Below, in pieces: positions 60,427 through 64,000 of a DNA stretch of 64,000 nucleotides (its first letter is position 1; every line of letters starts with the position of its first letter). The position numbers and the translations under genes were made by a program. The DNA comes from an uncultured bacterium (GTDB lineage Bacteria; Acidobacteriota; Aminicenantia; UBA2199). The DNA lies in the NCBI GenBank assembly GCA_965371805.1, contig CBDUZW010000004.1:12592-76591 (forward strand), written 5' to 3'. Below the pieces are notes generated by a model. It was not told the origin of the DNA. It was given only the letters and a program-made list of their open reading frames with translations, and searched no databases.

Positions 60427-61821
60427 ATGACTAAAAAAAAGGGAAGATTAAAGATATATATATTAACAATATTTGTATTGATTGGTTTAAGTATAATGTT
60501 ATTACTATTTACAAAAAAGAATAATTATAAAGATTTACATATAGAAAAGCCTAATATAATTTTTATAACTATTGATACGCTTAGAGCAGATCATATGGGT
60601 ACTTATGGATATAAGTATGAAACTACACCCAATATAGATAGATTCTCAAAAGATGCCGTTGTCTTTGAATATGCAACAACACCAATGCCAAAAACATCAG
60701 CAGCATTCGCCTCTATAATGACAGGTCTTCATCCTTTCGTTCATAAGACAAGACCAATTAGAAGTGTTTTAAGAAAAAAATGGCAAACCATTGCAGAATC
60801 ACTAAAAATCAGTAATTATAATACTCATGCAATTGTAGACAATTCCAATCTCTCTCCAAAATTTCATTTTAATAAAGGCTTCGACAGTTTTACATGTGTT
60901 TGGGATAAAATTAATGATCAATTAGAATCAACTGACTATATAACTACAGAAATGATAAAATTTTTAAATCAAAATAGAAAAGAACCATTTTTTCTATGGG
61001 CTCATTATATTGAACCGCATGCTCCCTATCTTCCTCCAGAACAGTTTATAAAAAACTCTTATCCTAAAGGAAGAAACATAAAAAAAATTGTTAAAAAAAT
61101 TATTATAGGCACAAGTGTTGAAAAAAAAAAAATAAAGACCACCCACCCTTTTGAAGGACATTATCTTTCATTGTATGATGCTTCCATCAGATATAATGAT
61201 AATGAAATTGGAAAGATAATTGATCTATTTTATAAGAAGAAACTTAATAAAAATACTATATTGATTATTGCCTCAGACCATGGAGAAGAACTTGGAGAAC
61301 ATAATCTTTTTTTTGATCATGGTTATCTCACATTTCCATCCAGTATTAGGGTTCCTCTTATTATCTATCTGCCGGGAAAAGAAGGATATAGAGAGAAAAA
61401 ACCTGTAAGTTTGATGGATATTTTTCCTACTATCCTTAATTATGTAAAAGTAAAACAACCATATGAAATACAAGGCAAAAATCTCTTTTCAGAACATTCT
61501 AAAAACAGAGAATTTTATATTTATGGAAGTCAGAGTTTATCTGTTTTATTAAGTAATGGCAATATATATACTGAAATAAGAGAGCCTTTTTCAAAGAAAT
61601 TAAACGTTCCAAGGAAGTATTTTTATAATATTTTTAGTGAAGCTCTAGAAAAAGAAAATCTATGGACTAGGAATAAAGTTTTAGCAAAATCCATGAAACG
61701 TAGATATGAAAAATATCATGTTTTTAATCCATATCCACCCCATCACAAAAAAAAAGAAAAAAAGCCTAAACTTTCAAAAAAAGAATTAAAAAAATTAAAA
61801 ACTCTAGGTTATATTGAATAA
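60427..61821 (+). CDS. Sulfatase-like hydrolase/transferase
   Basis: PNIIFITIDTLRADH, HYIEPHAPY, ASDHGEE, DIFPTIL, LKTLGY tail. Confidence 0.9.
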   Translation: MTKKKGRLKIYILTIFVLIGLSIMLLLFTKKNNYKDLHIEKPNIIFITIDTLRADHMGTYGYKYETTPNIDRFSKDAVVFEYATTPMPKTSAAFASIMTGLHPFVHKTRPIRSVLRKKWQTIAESLKISNYNTHAIVDNSNLSPKFHFNKGFDSFTCVWDKINDQLESTDYITTEMIKFLNQNRKEPFFLWAHYIEPHAPYLPPEQFIKNSYPKGRNIKKIVKKIIIGTSVEKKKIKTTHPFEGHYLSLYDASIRYNDNEIGKIIDLFYKKKLNKNTILIIASDHGEELGEHNLFFDHGYLTFPSSIRVPLIIYLPGKEGYREKKPVSLMDIFPTILNYVKVKQPYEIQGKNLFSEHSKNREFYIYGSQSLSVLLSNGNIYTEIREPFSKKLNVPRKYFYNIFSEALEKENLWTRNKVLAKSMKRRYEKYHVFNPYPPHHKKKEKKPKLSKKELKKLKTLGYIE

Positions 61822-61841
61822 GAAGAATATATATCTATTTA

Positions 61842-62777
61842 TTAAAAGCTAATTCCGATAATAAAGCGTATCCCTGATAAACCCATACTCATTTTTTCTA
61901 AATTTTGCAGTTCGCCGTTATCTGGATTATTCAGCAGGTCCCAGGTTGGAATCCAGGTTGAATTATAAGGGTTTGTCTCATATTTATATACAATCCCCTC
62001 TGTATTAATTGCATTATTCTCATCAGATCTTAGAACAGATTTTTCACCTTTAAATGATGAAACATTTAAATATGAGTATTCTAATTTAGCTATTGCATTA
62101 AGATTTTTTGTAATCTTTATTGAATATTTGATCCCTAATTTTAATCCAACTGGATTTGCAGTTGTATTAATGATTGTTTTAGTGCTATTGCTGTTTAGTC
62201 CATGAAAAGTTATGTTTTCAATATAATGGTGTTTGAGTAAAGTTATATTAGCCTCCAGATATGCAGCAAATTTAGAAAAGCGATACTCTGCACCTATATA
62301 AGGAGAATAATATTGAATGTTACTATCTAAGTCAACTGAAATAATTTCAGTTAAATTCTGTCCCCAATCTACTAAATGATTTTGGGTAAACTTATTAATA
62401 GTCTTAAAATATTCTACCCCCAGTCTTAAATAGATTTTATTTTTCAAATGGTAATTTATTGATAGGTTTAATGGTATAGCGTTGTATGTATCACTAACAT
62501 CACCTGTTTGGCTGTATGCAATATTGTAAAAGTCGGAATACTGTTTTAGAATAGCTCCGACTGAATTTGCTCTTAAAATTAAATCCGGGTAGGATGAACG
62601 GGACAGATACCCACTGAATTCAAAATTAATTTTACTGAAAAATGATTTAGGTGTTTCTTTAGCAATAAGGGGAGTTTTTTTTGGCTCAGTGGTAGAAGTA
62701 TCCTGATTGTTTATAGCAATTATTTGAATTTTTAATAGAAATATAATTATAAAAAGGATAAATAAAAATTTTTTCAT
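61842..62777 (-). CDS. Outer-membrane beta-barrel protein
   Basis: Signal peptide, PYIGAEYRF, terminal IGISF. Confidence 0.72.
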   Translation of the reverse strand: MKKFLFILFIIIFLLKIQIIAINNQDTSTTEPKKTPLIAKETPKSFFSKINFEFSGYLSRSSYPDLILRANSVGAILKQYSDFYNIAYSQTGDVSDTYNAIPLNLSINYHLKNKIYLRLGVEYFKTINKFTQNHLVDWGQNLTEIISVDLDSNIQYYSPYIGAEYRFSKFAAYLEANITLLKHHYIENITFHGLNSNSTKTIINTTANPVGLKLGIKYSIKITKNLNAIAKLEYSYLNVSSFKGEKSVLRSDENNAINTEGIVYKYETNPYNSTWIPTWDLLNNPDNGELQNLEKMSMGLSGIRFIIGISF

Positions 62778-62787
62778 GTTTTCCTCG

Positions 62788-64000
62788 TTAATCTCTAAGT
62801 TTTACTTCAAACACTTCTGAAAATTCACTAGAGACATCATTGTTATTGACAGTTTTAATTTTTAAATATAGACTGTTATTTGAAAATGGATTAATTTTAA
62901 ACTCCTGAGAATTAATTTCAGTTGAAAGACTGTTACTGAAATCTTTATTAAAAAAACTAAATTCAATAACCCAATGACTAAAAGTTTCTGCAATATTTTC
63001 ATCCCATGCAATTTTAATTAATGTTTGAGTTTTATTAAGGATATGAATATTCGTTGGAATTGCAGGAGCAATTTTCTTTATGTATTCAAACCAATGAACT
63101 GCCATTAGATGATATCCTTCTTCTGACGGATGAACATTGTCAGACATAAGAGACATGTATCCGCCCTCTTCTTCTGGAAATAAACTGAATAAATTCCAAA
63201 AATCAATAACAGGAATTTGTAGAGATTCAGCAATGTCCTTAATTCCATCATTTATTTGTATCGCTCTGCTCCTTAGTATACCTACCCCTGTCCATCCATT
63301 CCTTGGTATAAGAGTAGATATAATTGGATACATTCCATAATCCAATGATGATTTTATCATATATCTAATATTGAAAAGAACACTTGATATCGGAACTTCA
63401 GTATGAATTGCATCATTCGTTCCATAGTGAAAAAGTAGATATTTTGCATTATGTTTCTTCAAAATAGGATCAAAAAATTCAACAGCTTCATAGGTTTGGG
63501 TCCCTGGATAACCTTCATTAATTGTATTTGCACTATAAAGATTTTCATTTATCATTATATCAAGTCGTGGTACATATCCAAGAGATTGAGCGGGTTGTTT
63601 ATTAATATAACCATATGTAATGCTATCTCCAAAACATAAAAAATCATTATAACTTAATGAATGAGGATAGGTTGGTAGCGGGGTGTCTCGAATAAGAGGC
63701 TCTCTTTTACTCTTTTTATATTTTAATTTTGAAATGTCAGTTGTATAATCATAAAGAAATGACTCAAAATCAATATATTTAGCTTTGTAAATTCCTTGAG
63801 AAAAGGCAAGAAACTTTATTTCTACCCCTTTTTCTGTTTTTAGTTTCTCAAGTTTAAAGATAGGGACATCTGAGCTGACCTTTTTAATCAATTCCCCTGT
63901 TTGAAAATCCAGAACAACTATGGAAAAATCTTCAGTCAAAAATAAAATATATGTGGAACTATAATCAATAAGGATTGGAGTGTAAAAAGAAGTTTCGGAA
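62788..64000 (-). CDS. SGNH/GDSL hydrolase with FN3-like tail (5' end beyond window)
   Basis: FGDSITYG, GTND, DNVHP; frame stays open to the window edge. Confidence 0.88.
   Translation of the reverse strand, partial: SETSFYTPILIDYSSTYILFLTEDFSIVVLDFQTGELIKKVSSDVPIFKLEKLKTEKGVEIKFLAFSQGIYKAKYIDFESFLYDYTTDISKLKYKKSKREPLIRDTPLPTYPHSLSYNDFLCFGDSITYGYINKQPAQSLGYVPRLDIMINENLYSANTINEGYPGTQTYEAVEFFDPILKKHNAKYLLFHYGTNDAIHTEVPISSVLFNIRYMIKSSLDYGMYPIISTLIPRNGWTGVGILRSRAIQINDGIKDIAESLQIPVIDFWNLFSLFPEEEGGYMSLMSDNVHPSEEGYHLMAVHWFEYIKKIAPAIPTNIHILNKTQTLIKIAWDENIAETFSHWVIEFSFFNKDFSNSLSTEINSQEFKINPFSNNSLYLKIKTVNNNDVSSEFSEVFEVKLRD

Noticed and set aside
448-63639. Numerous 60-185 aa antisense or overlapping ORFs in the track
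   Set aside because: Shadows of well-supported genes with no recognisable motifs or RBS

Overview
AT-rich bacterial chromosomal window from a probable diderm (lipoproteins, beta-barrels, a GWxTD protein; Acidobacteriota/Aminicenantes-like is only a guess). Layout: (1) 1-12.3 kb amino-sugar/chitosan locus (LacI regulator, GHL10-like protein, nagB, PIG-L deacetylase, an active plus an apparently dead phosphohexomutase, polysaccharide deacetylase, GH9). (2) ~12.4-24.5 kb accessory/defence island with no integrase: M1 peptidase whose 5' end is duplicated 9,458 bp downstream, a PRTase + DprA/SLOG-like pair, a 978-aa protein with a central Vsr/DUF559-like nuclease flanked by 6+6 zinc-ribbon repeats behind a structured leader, single genes separated by three ~40-bp repeats that read as the C-terminal peptide of a type ISP-like R-M enzyme, two Abi-type genes, a type I toxin-like small ORF, a Phd-PIN TA pair and a 175-bp palindrome. 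(3) 24.5-64 kb mostly housekeeping and signalling: thrC, ApgM-like enzyme, RsbU/W/V, NusG paralog, hybrid kinase, AEC transporter with no canonical start codon, Wsp/ACF-type chemosensory cluster with a diguanylate cyclase, mltA, glnS, trxA, surface proteins, sulfatase-like proteins. No rRNA, tRNA or CRISPR array was seen. All family calls come from motif recognition by eye; no searches were run.
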